This document shows positions 47,194 to 57,486 of a DNA stretch of 64,000 nucleotides, piece after piece (positions within the stretch are counted from its first letter, which is position 1; each line of letters starts with the position of its first letter). Below the pieces are notes generated by a model. That model ran no database searches. It was not told the origin of the DNA and saw only the letters and a program-made list of their open reading frames with translations. The stretch comes from an uncultured bacterium. GTDB taxonomy: Bacteria; Krumholzibacteriota; Krumholzibacteriia; WVZY01; JAKEHA01. The DNA lies in NCBI GenBank assembly GCA_964588695.1, contig CAZPQK010000009.1, positions 28,022 to 92,021 on the forward strand. The letters run 5' to 3'. Both the position numbers and the translations under genes were made by a program.

Positions 47194-48458
47194 TATTGTC
47201 TAAGTCTTTCCAGGTCGGCAAAAAATCCAGCGTACGATACAGATGCAACTTCTGCCCCGATGATTCTTGTAGGGCTGTCGGCGGCCAGCGCCGCGATCGC
47301 CGCAGCCATGGCGATGCGATGATCGCCCGCGGCATCGATAGTAGCGCCACCGTCAAAACGATCCCGGCCGTGAACGGTCATGCTGTCGTTGTCCGCTTCC
47401 ACTTTTACACCGAACGCGCGTAGCAATGCCGTGATGCTTGCGATTCGGTCAGACTCTTTGACTCGTAGTTCGCCAATCCCGGCGAACCGCGTGATTCCGT
47501 TGGCCCGCGCCGCCGCCACCGCCACGATCGGAAACTCATCAATCATTCCCGCCACCGTGTGCGGGTCGGTGATATCGGTCGCGCGCAACTCGCTCGTCTC
47601 CGCTTGTAAGGTGCCGAGGGGCTCTTCTTCGATACCGACGTTGCTTTGCTGCAAGTGCATCCCCATCTGTTCCAGCACGCGGAGGGCGGTGGTTCGACGC
47701 GGGTTCAATCCCACGCGATCGATTGTGATCTGTGAGTCGCGCGTGATCGCCGCCGCGACCAGCCAGAACATCGCCGAAGAAAAATCCCCGGGAATAGTTT
47801 GTTCAATCCCGCGCGGGCCGATTCCTCCGGCGACTTCGACGCTTCCGTTACCGATGACGACATCCACCCCCATCCGCCGCAGCATAATCTCGGTATGGTC
47901 GCGCGTGGGAATCGTCTCAATGACCCGCGTTGTCCCTAGCGCCCCCAGGCCCGCCAGTAAAACCGCCGACTTAACCTGCGCGCTGGCGACTGGTGGCGTG
48001 TACTCGATGGCACGCAGCTGTTGGCGTGCAATTCGTAGCGGCAGTTTTCCGTCGTTCAGGTCAATATCCGCGCCCATCTGCGTCAATGGGTCGACGATTC
48101 GTTGCATTGGTCTCCGCCGCAGCGACGCGTCGCCGTCGATGGTTGCGGCGACCCCCTGGCCGCACAGTAGCCCGGCGAGCAGCCGCGCGGTAGTCCCGGA
48201 ATTACCAGCGTCCAGCTCGACCCGTTCCGGAAGTTGGCCCGGCCGGATAGTGGTTGTATTACCGCCGACGTTGACCGCCGCACCCAGTTGGCTAACGCAG
48301 TCCAGCGCCGAAGCCACGTCCTGCGAAGCGGGAAGATTGTGAATCACCTGATCGCCGCGACAGATGCCGCCCAGTAGCACGGCGCGTTGTGCGATCGACT
48401 TGTCGCCGGGAACGGTTAAGTCGCCGGCCAGTCCACGGGTTGCCGGCAAGACTCGCAT
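47193..48458 (-). CDS. aroA: EPSP synthase
   Basis: Motifs PGDKSIAQR, GNSGTTAR, SAQVKSA, RDHTE, LRVKESDRI and DHRIAM. Confidence 0.96.
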   Translation of the reverse strand: MRVLPATRGLAGDLTVPGDKSIAQRAVLLGGICRGDQVIHNLPASQDVASALDCVSQLGAAVNVGGNTTTIRPGQLPERVELDAGNSGTTARLLAGLLCGQGVAATIDGDASLRRRPMQRIVDPLTQMGADIDLNDGKLPLRIARQQLRAIEYTPPVASAQVKSAVLLAGLGALGTTRVIETIPTRDHTEIMLRRMGVDVVIGNGSVEVAGGIGPRGIEQTIPGDFSSAMFWLVAAAITRDSQITIDRVGLNPRRTTALRVLEQMGMHLQQSNVGIEEEPLGTLQAETSELRATDITDPHTVAGMIDEFPIVAVAAARANGITRFAGIGELRVKESDRIASITALLRAFGVKVEADNDSMTVHGRDRFDGGATIDAAGDHRIAMAAAIAALAADSPTRIIGAEVASVSYAGFFADLERLRQ

Positions 48459-48466
48459 GTGCCGGC

Positions 48467-49492
48467 TTAGGAGGGCATCGGGAGCGGATGATCCAACGCT
48501 TCAGCGACGACCCGAACGCGTTCCATCATGTCGGCGAATGCGTCAAAGTCGAGGCTTTGCGTGCCGTCGCACCACGCAGTTTTAGGCGAAGGATGAACTT
48601 CGACCAGTAGTCCATCGGCACCGGCGGCGACCGCCGCTAGCGACAACGCGGGAATGATGTCGGTGTAGCCAGCGGCGTGACTTGGGTCGACGATAACAGG
48701 TAAATGGCTGTTACGCTTGATAACCGGGATCGCCGAGATATCCAACGTCGCGCGCGTGGCACGTTCGAAGGTGCGAATACCGCGTTCGCATAGAATAACC
48801 TGCGAGTTGCCATTGGACACGATGTACTCGGCGGCCATCAACAGTTCTTCAACCGTGCTCATCATGCCGCGTTTAAGGACCACCGGTTTGCGGATTTTAC
48901 CCACCGCTTCGAGCAGCGCGTAGTTCTGCATATTGCGCGTTCCTACCTGCAGAACGTCGGCGTATTCGCTGCACAAAGGAACCAGATCGGGTGCAATGAC
49001 TTCGGTTACCACCGGAAGTCCGGTTTCGCGTTTTGCCGCCAAAAGTATTTTCAGGCCTTCTTCGCCTAGACCCTGAAAGCTATACGGCGATGTGCGCGGC
49101 TTGAACGCGCCGCCGCGAAGAATTGAAGCCCCCGCCGCTTTTACTGCGCGAGCGGTTTGCATTACCTGGTCGGACTGTTCCACGGCACAGGGACCGGCTA
49201 TCACCACAAACTGCCCGGCGCCTACGGAAACGTTCCCGACGTTAACCACTGTGTCTTCGGGATGAAACTCGCGGCTTACCATTTTGTAAGCCTTGCTGAT
49301 TGGAACGACCTGCTCCACGCCGGGTTCGTTGGTTAGGTTGGTCAGGTCGACTTCGCGTTCGCCGTCGACGACACCAATAATGGTGCGGTCGGCCCCGCGA
49401 GTCGGATGCGGCTTAAGCCCCATCGACTCGATCGCCTTAATCACGTTACTGATCTCGGCCATGGTGGCGGTGTCTGACATCACTACAATCAT
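48467..49492 (-). CDS. aroF: DAHP synthase, class I-beta, with N-terminal regulatory domain
   Basis: Motifs IAGPCAVE, GGAFKPRTSPYSFQG, CERGIRTF and DPSHAAG. ATG at 49492 (MIVVM). Confidence 0.93.
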   Translation of the reverse strand: MIVVMSDTATMAEISNVIKAIESMGLKPHPTRGADRTIIGVVDGEREVDLTNLTNEPGVEQVVPISKAYKMVSREFHPEDTVVNVGNVSVGAGQFVVIAGPCAVEQSDQVMQTARAVKAAGASILRGGAFKPRTSPYSFQGLGEEGLKILLAAKRETGLPVVTEVIAPDLVPLCSEYADVLQVGTRNMQNYALLEAVGKIRKPVVLKRGMMSTVEELLMAAEYIVSNGNSQVILCERGIRTFERATRATLDISAIPVIKRNSHLPVIVDPSHAAGYTDIIPALSLAAVAAGADGLLVEVHPSPKTAWCDGTQSLDFDAFADMMERVRVVAEALDHPLPMPS

Positions 49493-49553
49493 GAATGCTC
49501 CGTTTGCTAGCGGGTCGCTTTTGCCCGATGTTACCACGAACGCTACCCGGGGA

Positions 49554-50354
49554 CTACTTTACCTGAGTCCCCAACGCCTCGCGAACTTCTGCCAGAAACT
49601 CAGTCACGGCCCGGACCGGCGAAGTGCCGGCCGCTTGCGCCTGCGTGACCAGGTCGACGAGTCTGCTCCCGATGATGACGCCGTCAGCCAACGCGGCCAC
49701 GTCGCGAGCAATTGCGGGTGAGGAAATACCAAAGCCCACATAAAGCGGGGTTTTCGTGTGCTTCCGGGCGGCCGATATGAACGGCTCGAGCGACACCGGC
49801 GCGGTATTGCGTGCGCCGGTAACGCCTCTAACAGCAACAAGATACACAAAACCGGTGGTGCCCGTGGCGATCGCGGCAACCCGCTCGGGGCCGCTGGTGG
49901 GGGCGAGCAGGTCAATATACTCAAGCCCTCCGCTTGCCAGGTCGCCACGGAACGGGTCGCTCTCTTCAAAGGAGACGTCGGGCAAGATAACGCCGCGAAC
50001 GCCAGCGTCCCGCGCGTGCTGGGCGAAAGCGCTAACCCCCATTGCCAGCACCGGATTCACGTAGGTCATCGCCACCACCGGCACCGTAAGATTGCACGAC
50101 GCGGTAAGCGTTAGCGCGCGCTCCATCGTCATTCCGTTGTCGAGAGCGGTCTGTGATGACTGTTGAATGGTTGGGCCGTCGGCAATGGGATCCGAAAAGG
50201 GTACGCCTACTTCGATGACATCGCATCCCGCGCTTTCGCAAGCGCGCATCAACTCAACAAAGGTTGTCTCGTCGGGAAACCCCGCGGTGAGAAATGCAAC
50301 CAGTGCTTTGCGCCCAGACTGCATGATGCTATGGGTGTGGTCGCTTAAAATCAC
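49554..50354 (-). CDS. trpA: Tryptophan synthase alpha chain
   Basis: Motifs [24 protein letters not shown] and VGFGIS. GTG start overlaps the trpB stop. Confidence 0.95.
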   Translation of the reverse strand: MILSDHTHSIMQSGRKALVAFLTAGFPDETTFVELMRACESAGCDVIEVGVPFSDPIADGPTIQQSSQTALDNGMTMERALTLTASCNLTVPVVAMTYVNPVLAMGVSAFAQHARDAGVRGVILPDVSFEESDPFRGDLASGGLEYIDLLAPTSGPERVAAIATGTTGFVYLVAVRGVTGARNTAPVSLEPFISAARKHTKTPLYVGFGISSPAIARDVAALADGVIIGSRLVDLVTQAQAAGTSPVRAVTEFLAEVREALGTQVK

Positions 50355-51514
50355 GCCGAATCCAACACCGTGCCTAAGTCTTTGTCGCCCCGGCCGGAGA
50401 AGTTCACGACGACAACGCGCTCGTTGGGGGCGAGATCGCGACAACGTTGGTAGGCAAAAGCCAGCGCGTGCGACGTTTCCAGCGCGGGAATGATCCCTTC
50501 CAGTTGGCAGGTTCGACGAAAAGCGGAGAGCGCGGCGCTGTCGTCGACGGCGACATAGGTTGCGCGGCCGGTGTCTTTTAACATGCTGTGCTCAGGGCCG
50601 ACCCCGGGATAGTCAAGGCCGGCCGACACCGAGTGAGCCAACTCCACCTGACCGTCGTGGTTTTGCAGCAGGTAACTGTACGCGCCGTGTAATACGCCCG
50701 GACTGCCTTTGCCGAGCGCCGCAGCGTGTCCGTGGTCGGACCCACCGGCTTCAACTCCATACAGGGCGACATCAAGATCGTCGCGGAACGCGTCGAAGAT
50801 GCCGATCGCGTTGGAACCACCACCAACGCACGCGACAACTTCGTCGGGCAAGCGGCCTTCGAGTTGTAACAACTGTTCGCGTGTTTCGCGGCCAATAATG
50901 GCCTGGAAGTCTCGTACCATCGTGGGATAGGGGTGCGGGCCGACGGTTGAGCCGATAATATAATGTGTGGTATCGACGTTGGTAACCCAGTCGCGAATGG
51001 TTTCGTTGGTTGCGTCTTTTAGCGTGCGACTCCCGGAAACGACCGGTTTGACCGTCGCCCCCAGAAGTTCCATGCGTTGCACGTTGGGTTGCTGGCGTGC
51101 CATGTCTAACTCGCCCATGTAAACGGTGCACTCCAGTCCGAACAGCGCGCACACGGTTGCGGTTGCGACTCCATGTTGTCCCGCACCGGTTTCCGCAACG
51201 ATGCGCTGCTTATCCATTCGCCTGGCCAACAGAGCTTGCCCTAACGCGTTGTTTATCTTGTGCGCCCCGGTGTGGTTGAGGTCCTCGCGCTTAAAGTAAA
51301 TCCGAGCGCCGTTGCCAAACTCACGCGATACCCGTTCCGCCAGATAAAGCGGCGTTGGTCGCCCCGAGTACTGGGTGAGCAGTTGGGTAAGTGCGTTCTG
51401 AAACGCTTCGTCCTGTTGCGCCTCGCGGTAGGCCGTTTCCAGCTCATTCAGGCACGGCATTAGCGTTTCGGGAACAAACTGGCCGCCGTATGCGCCAAAA
51501 CGGCCCTTGCTCAT
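50351..51514 (-). CDS. trpB: Tryptophan synthase beta chain
   Basis: Motifs [32 protein letters not shown] and SGRGDKD. Confidence 0.97.
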   Translation of the reverse strand: MSKGRFGAYGGQFVPETLMPCLNELETAYREAQQDEAFQNALTQLLTQYSGRPTPLYLAERVSREFGNGARIYFKREDLNHTGAHKINNALGQALLARRMDKQRIVAETGAGQHGVATATVCALFGLECTVYMGELDMARQQPNVQRMELLGATVKPVVSGSRTLKDATNETIRDWVTNVDTTHYIIGSTVGPHPYPTMVRDFQAIIGRETREQLLQLEGRLPDEVVACVGGGSNAIGIFDAFRDDLDVALYGVEAGGSDHGHAAALGKGSPGVLHGAYSYLLQNHDGQVELAHSVSAGLDYPGVGPEHSMLKDTGRATYVAVDDSAALSAFRRTCQLEGIIPALETSHALAFAYQRCRDLAPNERVVVVNFSGRGDKDLGTVLDSA

Positions 51515-52143
51515 CGCGGGACCTCGCCAAAGAAGTGTGCCATTTCGGCGGCATCCTTCAGGCCAGGTTCGGCTTCAACTCCACGACACACGTCGACACA
51601 AAAGGGGCGGGTTCTTTCTACCGCCTCGCGAACGTTGTGTTGGTCGAGGGCGCCGGCAAGGAACACGCGAAAACCGCGACGCCGGTGCTGCGACACGTCA
51701 CTCCACATTCGCGACAATGTTTCGGTGAGCTCGGGGTCGTCCAGCTTGGACTTGTCCAGGTCGAACAGGAAAAAACTCACTCGCTCGTAGGCTGCCAATT
51801 GCGCAACGTCCGGCATGTTGGTGGTGTTGAATGCCTTAATAATCGGCAAGCCAGTTCCGGTGCTGACTTCGTTACAAAACGAAGGGTCTTCGTCGCCATG
51901 AAGCTGAACGATGTCGACGCCAACGTGGTTTGCCGTGTCGATGACTTCGGCGGCGGTTTGGTTGCGAAACACGCCAACCAAAAACGCTTCCGGTAACGCC
52001 TTGCGAATTTCGGTCGCGCGATCGGCATCGATACGCCTGGGGCTGTCGGCAAAAATAAGTCCGATGTAATCGGCACCAAGTTTGTCGGCCAGAGTGGCGT
52101 CTTCGACTCGAGTCACGCCGCAAATCTTCACTCGTGTTCTCAC
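51511..52143 (-). CDS. trpF: Phosphoribosylanthranilate isomerase
   Basis: Motifs VKICGVT, VQLHGDE, LAGAL and VEAEPGLKD. Confidence 0.93.
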   Translation of the reverse strand: MRTRVKICGVTRVEDATLADKLGADYIGLIFADSPRRIDADRATEIRKALPEAFLVGVFRNQTAAEVIDTANHVGVDIVQLHGDEDPSFCNEVSTGTGLPIIKAFNTTNMPDVAQLAAYERVSFFLFDLDKSKLDDPELTETLSRMWSDVSQHRRRGFRVFLAGALDQHNVREAVERTRPFCVDVCRGVEAEPGLKDAAEMAHFFGEVPR

Positions 52144-52145
52144 GG

Positions 52146-52916
52146 TTACCTCTTTGTAAGTTCGCGCAGTTTTGCACCCGGGTCGTCGGCAGAAAGAAGG
52201 CTGCCGCCTATCAGGAATGCGTCGACTCCCAGCGGGGTCAGTTTGTCAATCTGGTCCCGGTTGTCGATGCCGCTTTCGGATACCAGTAGTCGGTCCTGCG
52301 GAACCAGGGGAGCCAGTTTTTGTGTGGTTGCCACATCGACAACCATGCGATCCAGGTCGCGATTATTGATCCCGACTACGCGGGCGTTGGCCTCCAACGC
52401 TTTCACGATGTCGCTTTCGGTATGGGTTTCTACCAATGCGGTCATGTCCAGGTCGCCGATTATTCCCAGGTAATCGACTAGTTGCGACGGTTCCAACAGC
52501 CGGACGATCAGCAATAGCGCATCGGCACCAGCAGAACGCGCCTCGAAGATCTGGTACTCGTCAATCACGAACTCTTTGGCGACGGCCGGAAGCGAGACCG
52601 CTCGTCGCGCTGCCGTCAACGTGTTCAGCGATGTCCCAAAATTGCGCTCGTCGGTGACCACCGACAGTGCAGCCGCGCCGTTGTCCTGATACATTCGCGC
52701 GACATCCAACAGCGATTCGGAGTGACGGAAGCCGGGAACGCTGGGTGTCCGAGCTTTTAGTTCGGCGATGATCGCTCCACCGTCCAGCGCGGCCGCGAAG
52801 TCGCGAGGCGATTCGGTATCCTCCGCGCGGCGTCGTTGGTCGGCGAGCGTCATGTCTCGCCGTTTTCCGGAAAGCTCGTCGCGCTTTTCTTGTCGTATCC
52901 GCTCAAGAAACTTCAC
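52146..52916 (-). CDS. trpC: Indole-3-glycerol phosphate synthase
   Basis: Motifs IIAELK..TPS, LSVVTD, GINNRDL and VSESGI. GTG start at 52916 inferred. Confidence 0.93.
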   Translation of the reverse strand: MKFLERIRQEKRDELSGKRRDMTLADQRRRAEDTESPRDFAAALDGGAIIAELKARTPSVPGFRHSESLLDVARMYQDNGAAALSVVTDERNFGTSLNTLTAARRAVSLPAVAKEFVIDEYQIFEARSAGADALLLIVRLLEPSQLVDYLGIIGDLDMTALVETHTESDIVKALEANARVVGINNRDLDRMVVDVATTQKLAPLVPQDRLLVSESGIDNRDQIDKLTPLGVDAFLIGGSLLSADDPGAKLRELTKR

Positions 52917-53924
52917 GTGCCAACTCCTGCGATCTTTGCCGCAATCGGTCAAGCCGTGCTGCGGCCGCGCCCGAGTCAATAGCCGTTTGCGCCGCGACGA
53001 TTCCGTCGGAGACAGCATCGACACTACCGGCGACCCGGGCAACAAACGCGGCGTTTAACACTACCACGTCGCGCGGCCCACCAGGTTGTCCGTCCAGAAT
53101 GTTGCGGATAACCCCGGCGTTATAGCTCGTGTCGCCTCCCGCCAGGCTTTCGGGAGGTACGGTTGGCATTCCCACCGATTCCGGCACGAATCGCTCGGTT
53201 GTGATTATCCCGTCGAGCAGCCACGTGGCCGTAGTAGGCGCGGTTGCGCTTACTTCGTCGGCGCCATCGTCACCGTGAACCACCACGGCTCGCTCCGATC
53301 CTGTCGCCCGCAGGACTTCCGTGACTTTCGGGGCCAGGGCACCGTCAAAGACGCCAACCAATTGACGCTTTACGTCGGCCGGGTTGAGCAGCGGACCAAG
53401 AATATTAAACACCGTGCGCACGCCGAGAGATCGGCGGGCCGGGCCGACGAACCGCATAGCGGGATGAAACCGAGGTGCAAACAGAAACGCGATCCCGACA
53501 TCGTCGAGCAGTGCGGCGGTTGCCGCTACCGGTAGATCGATCTTCACCCCAAGAGCCTCGAGCACGTCGGCACTGCCACACTTGGACGACACCGCGCGGT
53601 TGCCGTGTTTGGCCACCGGAATCCCCATGCCCGCCACCACCAACGCCGTGGCGGTTGAAATGTTGAACGTCTTTGCGCCATCGCCGCCGGTGCCGCAGGT
53701 GTCCACGAGTCCCGTGGTGGTTGGAGACAAGGGAACCGCCTGGGAACGCATTGCATCGACAAATCCGGCCACCTCGTCGACGCTTTCTCCTTTGGTGCGG
53801 AGTGCGGTCAACAGTCCAGCAATCTGAATATCGTCGTAGGTTCCTTGCGCAACCGCGGTCATCAGTTCGAACGCCTCTGTTCGGCCGAGGTCGACGCCGG
53901 CGATGATTTTATCCAGAGCGGCTT

Positions 53925-53928
<4 letters not shown>
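52903..53928 (-). CDS. trpD: Anthranilate phosphoribosyltransferase
   Basis: Motifs DTCGTGGDG, FNIST, KHGNRAVSSKCGSAD and RTVFNILGPL. Confidence 0.96.
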
Positions 53929-54502
<574 letters not shown>

Positions 54503-54503
<1 letters not shown>

Positions 54504-55975
54504 TACAGACCTTCCTCCGCGTTGGCGATGGCCCGCGTTAACGCCCTGATCTTGTTGAGTGTTTCGTGAAACTCGCTTTCGGGGTCGGAGTCGGCAACAA
54601 TACCGGCTCCGCCTTGCACGTGGTATCGCTCGCCCTGCATTAGAATAGTGCGGATGGTGATGCACATGTCCATATCTCCATTACGACCAAAGTAACCCAC
54701 AGAACCGGCGTACGGCCCGCGCCGATCCTGTTCGAACTGGGTGATCAGCTGCATCGCGCGAATCTTGGGCGCGCCACTGACCGTTCCCGCGGGGAAGGCC
54801 GCGCGCAAAAGGTCGAACGCATCCAACTCATCGCGTAGCGTACCGGTTACAGTTGAAACAATGTGCATGACGTGCGAGTAGCGTTCGATGTGCATTAACG
54901 AGTCAACCTGAACCGAACCGACCTTGCAAACCCGGCCGAGGTCGTTGCGACCGAGGTCCACCAACATCACGTGCTCTGCCCGTTCTTTTTCGTCCGCCAG
55001 GAGTTCTTCGGCGAGTGTGTCGTCGGCGTGGCGGGTGTTGCCGCGTGGCCGCGTTCCGGCAATCGGGGCAACGGTAGCGCGGCGCTTGTCGAGCTTCACC
55101 AGGACTTCCGGTGACGAGCCGATCAACTGAAAGGTGGGAAACGACAGAAAGAACATGTATGGCGACGGATTCAGAATGCGAAGCGCGCGATACACCTGAA
55201 ACGGGTCAACCTTGGTTTCTCCGGTGAGACGTTGCGAAAGGACAATCTGAAAAATCTCGCCGGCCAGGATTTGCTCTTTGGCTTCACGCACCATCGCCTC
55301 GAAGCGATCCTGGGAAAAGTTCGACGTCGGGGGTGCGCCGTGCGCGACGGCCCCGCGACGTACTTCCAAAGGAGCGCTTAATGCATCCAATAACCTTTCG
55401 ATTTCGCCTACTGCGCTGTGATAGTCGTCGTCGGTGTTGCCGCTTGGCTGGCAAATGATCTCGATCTCCGAACGCACATGGTCAAACGCGACCACCGTCC
55501 TCGGAATGTAGAACGCAAAATCCGGCAACCCCAGAGCGTCGCGCTGCGCGATCGGTAACTTTTCAAAGTATCGACCAATCTCGTAGGAAAGAAACCCGAC
55601 CGCGCCGCCGATCGGACCTGGAACTTCCGCGTTGCTCGCGGGTCCGCGGTCGATTTCTTCGCGCAACAGGTTCAGCGGGTCGCTGCCGTCAAGGCGGATC
55701 GACTCGGTGCCGTCGGCGCGTTGGATGTTCACGGTGTCGTCGCGCAGGGTGAGGGTAGCGCGCGGATGCACACCAATGAATGAATAGCGTCCCACCTGGA
55801 TGCCGCGCTCGACACTCTCCAGCAAGAAAGTTGGCTGAGTGTCGCTGCGCTGCCGCAGCTTCATAAACACCGACACCGGTGTTTCCAGGTCAGCCGGAAT
55901 TCTGCGGCGGACAACCGTCGGGCCGTCGCCGGAATCGCGAAACTCCGCGAGAGTAGGTATGACTTTGGAAACCAT
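54503..55975 (-). CDS. trpE: Anthranilate synthase component I
   Basis: Motifs FLLESVE, NPSPYMF, PIAGTRPRG, KERAEHVMLVDLGRND and GTVSGAPKIRAM. Confidence 0.96.
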
Positions 55976-55984
55976 GATTCCCCT

Positions 55985-56020
55985 AAAAAAAAATCCCACC
56001 ATCCATTGGATCGTGGGTTT
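55985..56020 (-). terminator. Attenuator terminator upstream of trpE
   Basis: Minus strand reads CCCAC-G-ATCC-AAT-GGAT-G-GTGGG-A-TTTTTTTTT. Confidence 0.85.
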
Positions 56021-56061
56021 GCTAAAAGCTAGAACCGATATTTGCGCCTACAATACGCCCA

Positions 56062-56130
56062 CTACCCCGATATGAAGGTGCCCCACCACCAGGAGTTGAT
56101 TTGGAACGAATTATTGCGGACGATATTCAT
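56062..56130 (-). CDS. trpL: trp operon leader peptide MNIVRNNSFQINSWWWGTFISG (22 aa, absent from the ORF track)
   Basis: Three tandem TGG codons. The stop is followed by GTGGG, which can pair with CCCAC of the terminator's 5' arm. Confidence 0.88.
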   Translation of the reverse strand: MNIVRNNSFQINSWWWGTFISG

Positions 56131-56136
56131 AGTATG

Positions 56137-56165
56137 AGAGTACGGAATACACTGCGCAAAGTCAA
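56137..56165 (-). promoter_or_regulatory. Sigma70 promoter of the trp-aro operon
   Basis: TTGACT-N17-TACTCT, ending 6 nt before the leader ATG. Confidence 0.65.
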
Positions 56166-56288
56166 GCCGATTGACCAGCGGGGCCGCTCCAAAAAGGCGT
56201 TGAAGCCTGCGCGCGGGTCCGATACCTTCTGGGGAGTGTTAACGCGCTAGCGGAGCTTCTCCGCATCTCCACCAAAGGAAACATTCTA

Positions 56289-57482
56289 ATGAGCACGGAA
56301 CTCGAACGCGCCAGCGCGCACTTCGCGAAGCTGGTGAAAGGTCAAATGGAGCGCGTCGAAGCGATGCGCGCGCAGCAGGATTGGATCGACTATTCGTCGC
56401 TCAAGCCCATCAAGGTTGGGGTTCTGGGCGGCGACGGGATCGGCCCTTTTATCGCCGAATCGGCGCGCAAAGTGCTGGAAGAGGTGTTAACGGACGAAGT
56501 GGCGGCGGGGAAGATTGCCTTCAATAACATCGAAGGTCTCACCATCGAAAACCGCGCAGAACACAACCAGGCGATTCCAGACGATGTGCTGGCCGAGATC
56601 AAAGAGCATCACGTCACATTGAAAGGTCCAACCACGACACCGCGCAAAGGTGACCCCTGGCCGAACATCGAGAGTTGCAACGTCGCCATGCGCCGTTATC
56701 TCGATTTGTTTGCCAACGTGCGTCCGGTCAAAGTGCCGGCGGAGGGAATTGATTGGGTTTTCTTTCGCGAGAATACCGAAGGCGCCTATGTGTTGGGTAG
56801 TCACGGGATTAATGTGACACCCGAGATCGCGTTCGACTTTAAAGTAATTACCACGCCGGGCGCGGAACGGATTTGTCGTTTGGCGTTTGAGTACGCCAAG
56901 AACAACGGCATCAACAAAGTAACAGCGGTCACCAAGGCAAACGTGGTGAAAACGACAGACGGAAAGTTCTTGGACATCGCGCAAACGATGTCGAAGGAGT
57001 ATCCCGGTATCGAATTTGACGACTGGTACATCGACATTATGACCGCTAAGCTGATCGACCCCAAGCGTCGTACTCAGTTTCGAGTCATGGTCATGCCCAA
57101 CTTGTATGGCGACATACTTACTGACGAAGCTGCTGAGTTTCAGGGCGGCGTGGGTACGGCAGGCAGTGCCAACATCGGAAAGCGCTACGCCATGTTCGAA
57201 GCGATCCATGGTTCCGCGCCGCGGATGGTTAAGGAAGGCCGAGCGCAGTACGCTGATCCCTCCAGTATGGTTCGCGCGGGCGCGATGATGACGCGGCACA
57301 TTGGCTTTCCGGAGCGCGCCGCACGAATCGAGATGGCGTTGGACGTGTGTGGTACCTACGAGCGCAAACTCACCATGACCGGCCGTGACACGGGGGCAAC
57401 TGCAGACGCGTACACCGACTATCTGTTGGAAACGATCGCCGACGCCGGGCTGGAAGAAAAGTGGAAGTCGTATCAGCCGTAG
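56289..57482 (+). CDS. Isocitrate/isopropylmalate dehydrogenase family protein
   Basis: Motifs GDGIGP, LKGPTTTP, LDLFANVRP, RENTEG, PNLYGDILTD and FEAIHGSAP. Substrate not determinable. Confidence 0.9.
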   Translation: MSTELERASAHFAKLVKGQMERVEAMRAQQDWIDYSSLKPIKVGVLGGDGIGPFIAESARKVLEEVLTDEVAAGKIAFNNIEGLTIENRAEHNQAIPDDVLAEIKEHHVTLKGPTTTPRKGDPWPNIESCNVAMRRYLDLFANVRPVKVPAEGIDWVFFRENTEGAYVLGSHGINVTPEIAFDFKVITTPGAERICRLAFEYAKNNGINKVTAVTKANVVKTTDGKFLDIAQTMSKEYPGIEFDDWYIDIMTAKLIDPKRRTQFRVMVMPNLYGDILTDEAAEFQGGVGTAGSANIGKRYAMFEAIHGSAPRMVKEGRAQYADPSSMVRAGAMMTRHIGFPERAARIEMALDVCGTYERKLTMTGRDTGATADAYTDYLLETIADAGLEEKWKSYQP

Positions 57483-57486
57483 GCAA

